Assembly (NCBI GenBank): GCA_965261085.1
Contig: OZ253442.1
Coordinates: forward strand, 576,001 to 640,000
From: a bacterium
GTDB lineage: Bacteria; UBA8248
DNA length: 64,000 nt
Reading direction: 5' to 3'
In this document: in pieces, positions 40,755 through 52,296 of the stretch
Layout: each line of letters starts with the position of its first letter
Position numbering within the stretch: the first letter of the stretch is position 1
Translations under genes and position numbers: made by a program
Notes under the pieces: model-generated
The model's input: the letters and a program-made list of their open reading frames with translations, nothing else
Databases searched by the model: none
Told to the model about the DNA's origin: nothing

Positions 40755-41189
40755 ATGCGATTCCATCTTGTGTCAGGCCGCCTCGTTCGTCTCGTTGCGC
40801 TCGCCGCCTTTGTGCTGGCGCTGATCGTCTCCCCGATGAAAGGCGACGCCCAAGCGCCCGAGGCGGGGGATTTGATGGAGAAGATGGATGCGGATTTCGT
40901 CGCGCTGGTAAAGGCCGCCCTGATCGCCTCGGTTCAAGAACTCGTGAACGAGACGCCATACGGAACCATCGAAAAACACGCGGAGTCCATCGCCGCCACG
41001 GCGAAAATCCTGCCGAGCGCGGAGGAATTCCGGGGGGATAATTCGATTCTCGTCTTCTCGCGCCAACTCGAAGGCGCCGCCACCGGTCTCGCCAAGGCGG
41101 CGAAGACAAAAAAAATAGACACGACCTCCAAGGCGCTTCTGGCAGTGCACGGCGTGTGCGTGCGCTGTCACGAGGAGGCGCGTTTCTAG
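40755..41189 (+). CDS. secreted cytochrome c'-like (class II) monoheme protein
   Basis: Signal peptide, all-helical body, C-terminal CVRCH. Confidence 0.78.
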   Translation: MRFHLVSGRLVRLVALAAFVLALIVSPMKGDAQAPEAGDLMEKMDADFVALVKAALIASVQELVNETPYGTIEKHAESIAATAKILPSAEEFRGDNSILVFSRQLEGAATGLAKAAKTKKIDTTSKALLAVHGVCVRCHEEARF

Positions 41190-41244
41190 TTTCCAGGGAA
41201 TTTCCGGGCGTTTGGGCCTTCGTGCACAGAGCGGGGCTCGCGCG

Positions 41245-43737
<2,493 letters not shown>

Positions 43738-44853
43738 TTAATCTATTCTTTCAACCCTTGCGTCTCGAACCAAGAAATTCTTCCCCTCAACCTCGTTTTT
43801 TCTCAACCGGGATTCCTCTGTCGACGTGATGAACGTCTGCGCTCCCAAAGAACCCAGGAACAACAACACTCTCTTTGTCCTGCTCGCATCAAGCTCTGAA
43901 CCCAAATCATCAAGCAACACGACGGGAGCCTCTTTCCTTCTTCGTTTATATTCCTCGGCATTCGCCGACACCAAGAGGATCGTGATGAGCCGCTGCTCTC
44001 CCTGGGAGGCGACATCCTTCGCCCGGCGCCCATTCCACGATAAGCAAAAATCATCGAGCTGCGGTCCCCACAGCGTCGTTCTCCTCGCCATCTCCTCTTT
44101 TGCGAGCCTTCGGGCCGTCGCCTGTAAACCCTCTCGTATCTCCCCTTCCTCTTCCTCGTCTCCCCTCGGAAGACCACCGGCTTCATACGCTACGGAAACC
44201 CTGGATTCCCGCGTTTCTCCGAATAAACTCTCTAGGTGATTCAGCCGGTTTTTCAGTGAATTTATATATCTTTTCCTGCGGACGATAATGCGGGCGGCCA
44301 TCTCGATTAATCGCTCCTGCCACACCTGAATCATAGCAGATTCGCCCCCATTTCTCAAAAGGTGATTTCTTTCCGAAAGCAGTTTTGCATACGTCCTGGA
44401 ATCCTCGAGATGCTGTGGTTCGACGGCCGCTATCGCTTGATCGAAAAAACGTCTCCTCGCTCCGGGACCCTCCTTGATTACTTGAGGCGTTTCGGGAAAG
44501 AAAACAATGACGTGAGAACTGTCAAGATAGGGCATCAGACCCCGCAACTCCTGTCCGTCTTTCTTGTATTTTCTCTCGCGTCGGTGAAACGCAGCTTCCA
44601 GCCTCGTTTCCTTTTTGCTCCTCTCTTCGACAAACATTCCGGACGCATACATTCCCTCACTACCATGTAAAACCATCTTCTCTCTGGATATCCGGCGAAA
44701 TGAACGCAGGTGAGAAAGGTAATAAATGGCTTCCAGTAGATTCGTTTTCCCGGAACCGTTGTTTCCGAAAACATAGTTGAATCCCGGGTGGGGCTTGAGC
44801 GAGAGCTTTGAATAATTCCTGAAATTCTTGAGGGTCAGTTCAGTGATACGCAA
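43738..44853 (-). CDS. recF: DNA replication/repair protein RecF
   Basis: NFRNY, GNNGSGKTNLLEAI, P..RRRF.D, SQGEQR, LLDD..SELD. Confidence 0.92.
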   Translation of the reverse strand: MRITELTLKNFRNYSKLSLKPHPGFNYVFGNNGSGKTNLLEAIYYLSHLRSFRRISREKMVLHGSEGMYASGMFVEERSKKETRLEAAFHRRERKYKKDGQELRGLMPYLDSSHVIVFFPETPQVIKEGPGARRRFFDQAIAAVEPQHLEDSRTYAKLLSERNHLLRNGGESAMIQVWQERLIEMAARIIVRRKRYINSLKNRLNHLESLFGETRESRVSVAYEAGGLPRGDEEEEGEIREGLQATARRLAKEEMARRTTLWGPQLDDFCLSWNGRRAKDVASQGEQRLITILLVSANAEEYKRRRKEAPVVLLDDLGSELDASRTKRVLLFLGSLGAQTFITSTEESRLRKNEVEGKNFLVRDARVERID

Positions 44854-44869
44854 GAGATATTCTCAGGCC

Positions 44870-45089
44870 TTGGTTCTTTTATAACCATATATAATATCTA
44901 AATAGTAGTAGTAGTAGTGGCGGGGAAACTGTGGACAACCGCATAAGACGCTTAAAAAAAAGCACTTTGCCGATTGGATGAATGTGGAATTGTTTGTGGG
45001 TAAAAGCGGATTGCCGGGGTTTTTTTTGTCGAGCGTTACGAAGACAGGGGTTTCAATACGGTTATCCACAGTTTTTTCCACTGGTTGTT
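44870..45089. other. oriC: chromosomal replication origin oriC (unwinding region)
   Basis: AT-rich tract, 5x TAG DnaA-trios 44903-44917, GC-rich spacer, DnaA boxes TGTGGACAA 44930-44938, TGTGGGTAA 44995-45003, TTATCCACA 45062-45070; gene orientation flips here. Confidence 0.88.
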
Positions 45090-46451
45090 TCAGGATAAGT
45101 CTATCTTTTGCTCGAGCGTCTGGATGGTGGCGGAGAGGGACGGATCCGTTTTGAGCAGGCTCTCGATCTTGTTGGTTGAGTGAATCACCGTAGAATGATC
45201 CTTCCCGCCGAAGCGTCGGCCGATTTCGGTGGTTGAGGCGCGCGTGAGCTTTCTCGCGAGAAACATGGCGATCTGACGGGGGACGGCGAAAGAGCGCGAG
45301 CGGTTTTTTGATTTTAAATCGGTGACGCGCACCTGGAAGTGCTCCGCCACGATTTTCTGGATGTTGTCCACGGATGAATTGCGAGTGGGATCACGGATAA
45401 TGCCCCGCAACACCTCTTGAGCAACGGGAAGGTCAATCTCGATATTGTGCAAAGAGGAGTGAATGCTGAGTTTTATGAGGCAACCCTCGAGTTCCCGGAC
45501 GTTGGAGCGAACCTTCTCGGCGATGTAATGGGCGACCTCGGTATCGAGGGAAAGGCCCTGTTCACTCGCCTTTTGTTGCAGAATGGCTACTTTGGTCTCG
45601 AAGTCCGGCGCGCCGACATCCGCAATCATCCCCGAGATAAAGCGCGACCTGAGGCGATCCTCCAGCCGGGGCGTGTCATTGGGCATTTTATCGCTCGTGA
45701 TGACGATCTGTTTCCTTGTGTCTTGTAAGTCGTTGAAGGTAAAGAAGAACTCCTCTTGGGTGCGTTCCTTTCCGGCGATGAACTGGATGTCATCTATCAT
45801 CAGAATGTCCACTTTTCGGTATTTGCTCCTAAAAGCGGCCATCTGATTCTGTCTGATCGAAGAGATGAGGTCGTTGATGAAGTTCTCTGAGGAGGTGTAG
45901 AAAATGCGTGTTCTCGGGCGTCGGTCGAGAACATGGTGGGCGATAGCGTGCATGAGGTGGGTTTTCCCGAGCCCCACGCCGCCGTAGATGAAAAGCGGGT
46001 TGAGCGCGACTCCCTTGCCGTCCGCCAGGCGAAGGCTGCAAGCGTGGGCGAATTGGTTCGAGCCGCCCACCACGAAGTTCTCGAAACGGTGTCTGGGGTT
46101 GAGAAAGTCCGGCTTCTCGGAGGGAGTATGGGGCTCCTCCGGAAGCGCCAGAATCTTCTTTGCCGGGACAATTTCGTCCGGCGCATATAAGGTGCTCGCT
46201 CCGTTGGTCGGCCCGTCGCCCACCGAGATAGTGAGCGCTACGTCCGGCCCGGCCTCTTGTTTAAGTATGTCCGAGATGATTCCCCAATAACGCGAGCGCA
46301 AAGTGCCCGCCGTGAACGGATCGGGAACCTGAATCGCCAGGGAGGATTCGCTCGCGCCGAGTTCCTCGACGCCGGCGAACCAGCGGGCGAACGTCTGAGG
46401 GGAGACCTCTTCCTTGATTTTAGCCTCGCAGCGCTGCCAGAGAGTCGTCAT
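45090..46451 (-). CDS. dnaA: chromosomal replication initiator DnaA
   Basis: FENFVVG..N, NPLFIYGGVGLGKTHL, DDIQF, RL.SRF, NVRELEG, FGGKDHSTV. Confidence 0.97.
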   Translation of the reverse strand: MTTLWQRCEAKIKEEVSPQTFARWFAGVEELGASESSLAIQVPDPFTAGTLRSRYWGIISDILKQEAGPDVALTISVGDGPTNGASTLYAPDEIVPAKKILALPEEPHTPSEKPDFLNPRHRFENFVVGGSNQFAHACSLRLADGKGVALNPLFIYGGVGLGKTHLMHAIAHHVLDRRPRTRIFYTSSENFINDLISSIRQNQMAAFRSKYRKVDILMIDDIQFIAGKERTQEEFFFTFNDLQDTRKQIVITSDKMPNDTPRLEDRLRSRFISGMIADVGAPDFETKVAILQQKASEQGLSLDTEVAHYIAEKVRSNVRELEGCLIKLSIHSSLHNIEIDLPVAQEVLRGIIRDPTRNSSVDNIQKIVAEHFQVRVTDLKSKNRSRSFAVPRQIAMFLARKLTRASTTEIGRRFGGKDHSTVIHSTNKIESLLKTDPSLSATIQTLEQKIDLS

Positions 46452-46514
46452 CAGGAGAACCAATTCGCAACATTCGTCGCGCGGCAGGGTATTCTGCGCC
46501 GCGCAAGAACAAGT

Positions 46515-46598
46515 TTATCCACAGAGCGAGACAATAGCCGATTTAAAGGAGCATTTTTCCACAAAACGCTCGGCAAAGGCAAGCATTTTTCCACAAAA
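46515..46598. promoter_or_regulatory. DnaA box cluster upstream of dnaA
   Basis: TTATCCACA 46515-46523; TTTTCCACA inside a 17-bp direct repeat AGCATTTTTCCACAAAA at 46550-46566 and 46582-46598. Confidence 0.8.
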
Positions 46599-46731
46599 AG
46601 TGTCGAAAAATCCGCTTTTTCTCTTTTGTGAGTGAAAATCCACCTTCCTCGAGAAAAAGCGAACAAGACGTGGAAAGGATTCCCTGATCGCCCGAGTCTG
46701 GCGAATTTAGACGCGCCTCAACAAGTAGTTC

Positions 46732-46760
46732 TTGACAATCAGGGTTTGGGTGGCTACTTT
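46732..46760 (+). promoter_or_regulatory. sigma70 promoter of rpmH operon
   Basis: TTGACA-N17-TACTTT. Confidence 0.7.
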
Positions 46761-46841
46761 ACGCTCGGCTTCTTTGGAGAGGCTCCACCTCACGGTTACG
46801 TGAAGCAATGATCGGCCTTGGGCCAGTAGATGGAGTATTTG

Positions 46842-46982
46842 GTGAAACGAACTTACCAGCCGAATAGAAGAAAACGAGCGAAGACGCATGGGTTTCGCCG
46901 CCGGATGAAGACCACCGGCGGGCGCACGATCATAAAGCGCCGCCGGGCCAAGGGTCGCAAGCGCCTCGGCGTTTCCGCTTAG
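46842..46982 (+). CDS. rpmH: 50S ribosomal protein L34
   Basis: [38 protein letters not shown]; below ORF-track cutoff. Confidence 0.97.
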   Translation: MKRTYQPNRRKRAKTHGFRRRMKTTGGRTIIKRRRAKGRKRLGVSA

Positions 46983-47024
46983 GCGGCGAACCGGGCCGTC
47001 GACCCCGACCGGGAGGGCGCGGAC

Positions 47025-47372
47025 ATGGACGAGAGCTTCCCCCCGGAGCTCCGAATCCGCAAGGGGAGCGAGTTCGCCGTCGTTCTCAGAAAGGGACGCA
47101 AGCGCAGGTGTCCGTACTTCACGCTGCATATCTTACCCAACCCTTCGCGGGATCGCGCGCGACTCGGCATCATCGCGTCTCGCCGAGTGGGCGGCGCCGT
47201 TCAGAGGAACCGAGCCAAGCGGCTTCTCCGCGAGGCGTTTCGACGTCACGGTTCTCCCCTCCCCGGGGGAGTAGACCTTGTGGCCGTGGCGAGAAATTCG
47301 ATCGCCAGGGCGAGGCTAGAGGATGTTGAAAGGGCGTTCCACAACGCTTTCCATGGGAAAACGAATTCCTGA
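47025..47372 (+). CDS. rnpA: RNase P protein component
   Basis: RLG...SRRVG.AV.RNRAKR.LRE. Confidence 0.93.
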   Translation: MDESFPPELRIRKGSEFAVVLRKGRKRRCPYFTLHILPNPSRDRARLGIIASRRVGGAVQRNRAKRLLREAFRRHGSPLPGGVDLVAVARNSIARARLEDVERAFHNAFHGKTNS

Positions 47373-47610
47373 AAAAGGGATCGGCCCCGTATCGCAGGCC
47401 GCGCGCGTCGTGGCGACCATTCTGGTTCGAGGGTATCAACTCGTCTTGTCTCCCGTGATGCCGGGCAGTTGTCGGTTTTCACCCTCTTGCTCTCATTACG
47501 CGCTCGAGGCATTTCGACGCCACGCGCCCACGCGGGCCTTGTGGCTCACCGTGCGCCGCATCGGGCGTTGTCATCCATTTCACCCAGGGGGGAACGATCC
47601 GGTTCCCTGA
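47353..47610 (+). CDS. yidD: membrane protein insertion efficiency factor
   Basis: YQ..LSP...CRFSPSCS.Y..RI.RCHPF..GG.DPVP. Confidence 0.93.
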   Translation: MGKRIPEKGIGPVSQAARVVATILVRGYQLVLSPVMPGSCRFSPSCSHYALEAFRRHAPTRALWLTVRRIGRCHPFHPGGNDPVP

Positions 47611-47636
47611 TGGATCCGGTGGAGACACTTTACATC

Positions 47637-49280
47637 ATGGAAAAAAACGCGATTCTCGCCGCCGTCTTGTCGATGGCGATACTCATTGGCTGGCAATACA
47701 TCGTCGTGAAGCCGATGGAAAACGAACAGGTCCAGAAACAAAAGGTGGCCAAGGCGCGTGCGGCGGCCCAGAACAAAGGACGATCGAGCGCAGCGAGCGC
47801 GCCGCTCAAGGCGCCGGCTTCCGGCTTCGTCGCGCCGGGCGCGCGCGCCACTCCTTCCGCGCCCACGCAGGCCTCCCCGGGGCGACGCGTTCGGGTAGAC
47901 GTGGGCGACGCGGTGTATGAGTTGACCAACCGGGGGGCGGGCTTTTTGTCTGCGCGCCTCCTCAAGTACAAGCAAGGCAAGCAGAACTTCGTCGAACTCG
48001 CGCCCGGGGGTCGTCCGGACGTGCGGCCTCTTTTCTTCTGGGGCGGCAAGACCGCGCAGCGGCTCAACGAAGCCTCCTACCAGGTCGAGGGTGGCGACCT
48101 CTCGCTCTCAAAAGACCATCCGGAAGGTACGGTTCGCTTCCTCTACCGGGGAGCGGACGGCCTCTCGGCGGAGAAGGCGTTCTCCTTCCGCCACAACGAA
48201 TACAACATCCAGACGAAAATCCGCGTCACCCGGCCCTCCGGCAATGAGGCGATGGGAATCGTCTGGGGCCCGCGCGTAGGAGGAAGCGACGGCAACACTT
48301 ATGGCGGCGTCATCGAGGGGCCGATGAGCTTCGTCGGCGAGGATCTCGAATACGACTACCCCGAGGAGGCAAAATCCGTCACCCACGGCGAGAAACTCAA
48401 GTGGACCTCGCTCCAATCGAAGCACTTCATCGCGGCGCTCATCCCCCGAAGCGGCGCGGGCGGCGCGGAGATTCGCCTGCTCTCCAAGACGGACGATCTG
48501 AGCGAATACGCCGCCATCGTACCCCTCTCGCAGGGAACGGACGTCGAGGCGGTCTTCGACGTCTACGTGGGGCCGAAGGCGCTGGAGAGCCTTGAGAAGC
48601 TCAAGGTCAACCTCGAGGATTCTCTCGACTACGGGAAGTTCTCCTTTATCGCCAACCCGCTCATGTCGGTTCTGCGCGCCTTTCACTCGGTCGTGGGTAA
48701 CTGGGGCGTGTCCATCATCCTGCTGACGATTCTGGTGAAAATTATCTTCTATCCGCTCACCCACGTCAGCATGCGCAACATGAAGGAGATGCAGAAACTC
48801 CAGCCGCGCATCACGCAACTGCGCGAGATCTACAAGGACGACAAGAGCAGGCTGAACGAGCAGACCATGGGCTTGTATAAGGAGCACAAGGTCAACCCGA
48901 TGATGGGCTGTCTGCCCATGATCATACAGATTCCCGTTTTCTTCGGGTTGTATGAGGCGCTCTTGGTGTCGATAGAGCTGCGAAACGCGCCGTTTTTCGG
49001 CTGGGTGCAAGACCTTTCCGTGCAGGACCCCTACCACGTATATACGATACTCATGGGTGCTTCGATGTTCTTGCAGCAGAAGATGACGCCCACCGCGGCC
49101 GATCCCACCCAGGCGAAGATGATGATGTTCATGCCCATCGTCTTCACGGGCATGTTCATCTTCTATCCCGTGCCCGTGGGGTTGGTGATCTATTGGCTGG
49201 TGAACAACCTGCTCTCCATCGCGCAGCAGTTCTACGTGAACCGATCCGTGCAGCCGCCCAAGCTGGCCGAGGAGAGTTGA
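47637..49280 (+). CDS. yidC: membrane protein insertase YidC
   Basis: NWGVSII.LT, NP..GCLP..IQ.P.F, W..DLS..DP, IYW..NN. Confidence 0.95.
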   Translation: MEKNAILAAVLSMAILIGWQYIVVKPMENEQVQKQKVAKARAAAQNKGRSSAASAPLKAPASGFVAPGARATPSAPTQASPGRRVRVDVGDAVYELTNRGAGFLSARLLKYKQGKQNFVELAPGGRPDVRPLFFWGGKTAQRLNEASYQVEGGDLSLSKDHPEGTVRFLYRGADGLSAEKAFSFRHNEYNIQTKIRVTRPSGNEAMGIVWGPRVGGSDGNTYGGVIEGPMSFVGEDLEYDYPEEAKSVTHGEKLKWTSLQSKHFIAALIPRSGAGGAEIRLLSKTDDLSEYAAIVPLSQGTDVEAVFDVYVGPKALESLEKLKVNLEDSLDYGKFSFIANPLMSVLRAFHSVVGNWGVSIILLTILVKIIFYPLTHVSMRNMKEMQKLQPRITQLREIYKDDKSRLNEQTMGLYKEHKVNPMMGCLPMIIQIPVFFGLYEALLVSIELRNAPFFGWVQDLSVQDPYHVYTILMGASMFLQQKMTPTAADPTQAKMMMFMPIVFTGMFIFYPVPVGLVIYWLVNNLLSIAQQFYVNRSVQPPKLAEES

Positions 49281-49365
49281 CGCGGAAAATGCCCTGGCGA
49301 TCCCCTGAAGCGGCCTGGCCGGCCCGCCCGGCGCACAGTTCCTCGAAAATCCGGGAGACGAGAAA

Positions 49366-50457
49366 ATGAGTCTTGGCGGCGATGGCTGGAGCGACGGCGA
49401 TGCGGAAGGCCCGGGCTTTCACTTTTTCCCTCCGGGCGAAAACCCCGACCTGACCCCCATCGCGGAAATGTCGGGCCGCGCGCTCAGGCGCGTCATCGAG
49501 GGCGTGGACCTGGAAATCCTCGCCCTCGCCCTTCGCGACGCGCAGCCGCGGGTAATCGAGCGGGTGCTCAGAAACGTCTCCTCCAAAAACGCGGCCCACC
49601 TTCGCGAGGAAATGGAGCGCTCAGGCTCTGAGGAGAGCGAGCGCAGCGTCGAGGCGCGCCAGATGTTGATGCAAACCGCCTACACCATGAAAAACCACGG
49701 CGACATTACGTTCGAGGGTCCCGCCGACGACGCCATCCCTCCGCTGGATCGGGCGCTCGAGGACGGACTCGCCGCGTTCCACTCCCCTGAGAGCAAGGCC
49801 GAGCACGCCGTTTCGCTCATCGTCGCCCTGGCCGCACGGGCGGAGCTGCACGGACTGCTTTCTCTCGAGCCGGCTCTCGAGAGAAGTCCGGACGGAATTT
49901 TCTCCACCGGCCTTCGGATGCTGGCGGATCAGGCGCCCTGGGACGAGGTCGAGATGATTCTCGCCCGGCAGATCGACTCCTCTCTCGGCGCTATGGAAAG
50001 AAACAAGGAGATCGCCATCGAGGGCGCGCTGGCGATTCTCGAGGGCGCGAGCGAGGATCGCGCGCGGGCGAGGCTCGTCGCCTTCCTGCCCGAGGGCGAG
50101 GCGGATTACGAGCGCCTGCCCGGCGTACGGTTTTCGCCCTCGGCCCAAGCCACGGTCGACATCATCAGCCTGTGCGTGGAGCTCGCAGGTTTGGCCTCCC
50201 GCGATGAGGGCGGCGCGATAGCGGAGCGCCTCGAATGGATTCAGGAACCCCTTCTCAAAACGGGGCTCAAGTGGGCGCTCGACGGCGCCTCGATAGAAGA
50301 CGTCGAGAGACTCCTCAGCCGTAAAGGGCAGACGCGCCTCGACAGGGAGCGCAGAAAGCTCGAGTGTCTGGCGGAGGGTTTGATGCTCATCCGTGAGGGC
50401 CACCCCGAAGGCTTCATCCGGGAGGCGCTCGGCGGCTATATCGAGGATGAGGCTTGA
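49366..50457 (+). CDS. FliG C-terminal-like domain fused to two MotA cytoplasmic-loop-like repeats
   Basis: LALALR......RV.RNVS...A..L.EEM...EARQ (FliG-C) then L...A...GLL.LE......F..GL.M..D and a second degenerate copy; no TM helices. Confidence 0.7.
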   Translation: MSLGGDGWSDGDAEGPGFHFFPPGENPDLTPIAEMSGRALRRVIEGVDLEILALALRDAQPRVIERVLRNVSSKNAAHLREEMERSGSEESERSVEARQMLMQTAYTMKNHGDITFEGPADDAIPPLDRALEDGLAAFHSPESKAEHAVSLIVALAARAELHGLLSLEPALERSPDGIFSTGLRMLADQAPWDEVEMILARQIDSSLGAMERNKEIAIEGALAILEGASEDRARARLVAFLPEGEADYERLPGVRFSPSAQATVDIISLCVELAGLASRDEGGAIAERLEWIQEPLLKTGLKWALDGASIEDVERLLSRKGQTRLDRERRKLECLAEGLMLIREGHPEGFIREALGGYIEDEA

Positions 50458-51050
50458 GCGTGGCGGCCCCGCGCACCGAGTGGACGCTTCCTGTCCGCAA
50501 CCGCCACCTCCTGCTCACCGGAGGAAGGCGACGGGCCATGCCGCCCACGAAGACGCTGCGCGGCCTGGGCCTAAAGCGCGGCATGAGTTTTCTGGACGTG
50601 GGCTGCGGCCCGGGGTATTTTTCGATTCCCGCCTGCGGCGTGGTGGGAAAATACGGCCGCGTGCTCGCTTGCGACATCTCGCCCGTGATGATCACCGAAC
50701 TCCGGAAAGCGGCGAATGAGCGCGGTTACGCTCACCTGACGGCGAAGCGAAGCCAGGACTCCCAGCTTCCCTTTCCGGATGCGAACGCGGATTTCACTCT
50801 CATCGCGTTCGTGCTTCACGGAGTGGCCGACGTCCAGCCCCTCCTCGCCGAATCTTGGCGCGCGATGAAGAAAAACGCCGCCATCACGCTGATCGAATGG
50901 CACAAGAAGGCCATGGATATGGGGCCGCCCCTGGCCGCGCGGTTTAAGCCCGAAGAACTCGTGGCCGAGTTGAGCAAGGCGGGCTTTCAGAGAGCCTGTT
51001 GGTGGGATTTCGACGGCAACACCTATTTCGTCTCCGCGCAAGCGCCCTAG
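50454..51050 (+). CDS. class I SAM-dependent methyltransferase
   Basis: LDVGCGPGYF, DISP.M, LPF.D, EW.K....GPP...R. Confidence 0.85.
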   Translation: MSVAAPRTEWTLPVRNRHLLLTGGRRRAMPPTKTLRGLGLKRGMSFLDVGCGPGYFSIPACGVVGKYGRVLACDISPVMITELRKAANERGYAHLTAKRSQDSQLPFPDANADFTLIAFVLHGVADVQPLLAESWRAMKKNAAITLIEWHKKAMDMGPPLAARFKPEELVAELSKAGFQRACWWDFDGNTYFVSAQAP

Positions 51051-51137
51051 CGGCCGCCAAAGCGGGGGGGATACGTTATAATACGGCCTTCATCGGCGGG
51101 CCATGCGTGGTCCTGGCGTTTCTTGACGAGGGGGAAT

Positions 51138-51508
51138 ATGCGTTCACGAAAAGGCTTCTTCATGCTAATCGTAGCCCTCGTCCTGACGCTCAACAACTTC
51201 TTGTTCGCCATGAATCCGAAGGCGGCCAAGCCCATATTCGACTGGATAGACCCTTTCGTGATCGTCGGCCTGGCGCTTGTTTTCATCGATAAAATTCTCG
51301 ATTCAATGAAAACGAAGCCGAATGGCACCGCCTCATGGTGGCGGTCCTGGCCGGGGCGCTGGCTCATTTGTACGCCTACAATTACTTGGCCAAGATGGCG
51401 GGCAGCGGCCTTGAGAGCGGAACCTTGTGGCTGGTGATGGTGCCGTTTGCGGTTTCCCTCCTCGCCTACGAGGGCTTTTTGATGATTCGCGCGTCGGGGC
51501 GGGAGTGA
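51138..51508 (+). pseudogene. small 4-TM membrane protein with apparent 1-bp frameshift
   Basis: Two TM helices in the ATG frame, then two more (WHRLMVAVLAG.., LWLVMVPFAVSLL..) in another frame from ~51302; span is 371 nt. Confidence 0.6.
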
Positions 51509-51521
51509 GGTGACGGACGAG

Positions 51522-52283
51522 ATGGAAGATAAATCCTCGATTCAAGGGCACGTGGCGCTCGTGACGGCGGGCGCGGTGGGCATCGGCGAAGCGATAGTCG
51601 AACGCCTGGCGTATGAGGGCGCGCGCGTTGCGCTGCTGGACCTCGACGATGCGCTGGGCGAGGCGGCCGCGCGGCGGATAAACGATTCGGGTGGCGAGGT
51701 GCGCTTCATCAATACGGACGCCACCTCGGCGAACGAGATCAAAGCGGCCGTGGAAGAGGCGCTCGTCGCCTGGGGGCGCCTCGACATTCTGGTGAACTGC
51801 GCGGGCGGCTTCGTGGAGAATCCCGCCATCGAGGAGCTTGACGAAGCGCAGTGGCGCCGGGTCGTGGACTTAAACTTGAAAAGCGCCTATCTGTGCGCGC
51901 GCGCGGCGACGCCTTTTATGAAGAAAGCCGGCTATGGCCGCATCGTGAACATCTCCTCGCAGTCGGGCCGCGACGCAGTTGTGGAGACGGGCCTCGCCTA
52001 CAGCGCGGCAAAGGCGGGTCTGTTCGGTTTTTGCAGGCGCCTGGCGGTCGAAGCCGCGCCCCACGGCATCACGGTGAACACGGTGGCTCCGGGCGTCGTG
52101 CTCACCCCGAGGACGGCCGTCCTCCATAAGGACAGGCTGCCCGAGATAATTTCGAAAATTCCGGTGGGCCGCCTGGCGGACGCCGCGGACATCGCCGACA
52201 CCGTGTGGTATCTCGCCAGACCCGAGGCGCGCTACGTGACGGGCGTGACGCTCGACGTCAACGGCGGAAGATACGTCCACTAG
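51522..52283 (+). CDS. SDR family oxidoreductase
   Basis: TAGAVGIG, LVNCAG, YSAAK, NTVAPG, VNGG. Confidence 0.9.
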   Translation: MEDKSSIQGHVALVTAGAVGIGEAIVERLAYEGARVALLDLDDALGEAAARRINDSGGEVRFINTDATSANEIKAAVEEALVAWGRLDILVNCAGGFVENPAIEELDEAQWRRVVDLNLKSAYLCARAATPFMKKAGYGRIVNISSQSGRDAVVETGLAYSAAKAGLFGFCRRLAVEAAPHGITVNTVAPGVVLTPRTAVLHKDRLPEIISKIPVGRLADAADIADTVWYLARPEARYVTGVTLDVNGGRYVH

Positions 52284-52296
52284 AGAGGGCTTTCCC

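Noticed and set aside
44903-44917. (TAG)5 as a microsatellite or phase-variation tract
   Set aside because: Better explained as DnaA-trios next to a DnaA box
44863-45081. 72-aa ORF with poly-Tyr
   Set aside because: It is a translation of the oriC TAG trio repeats
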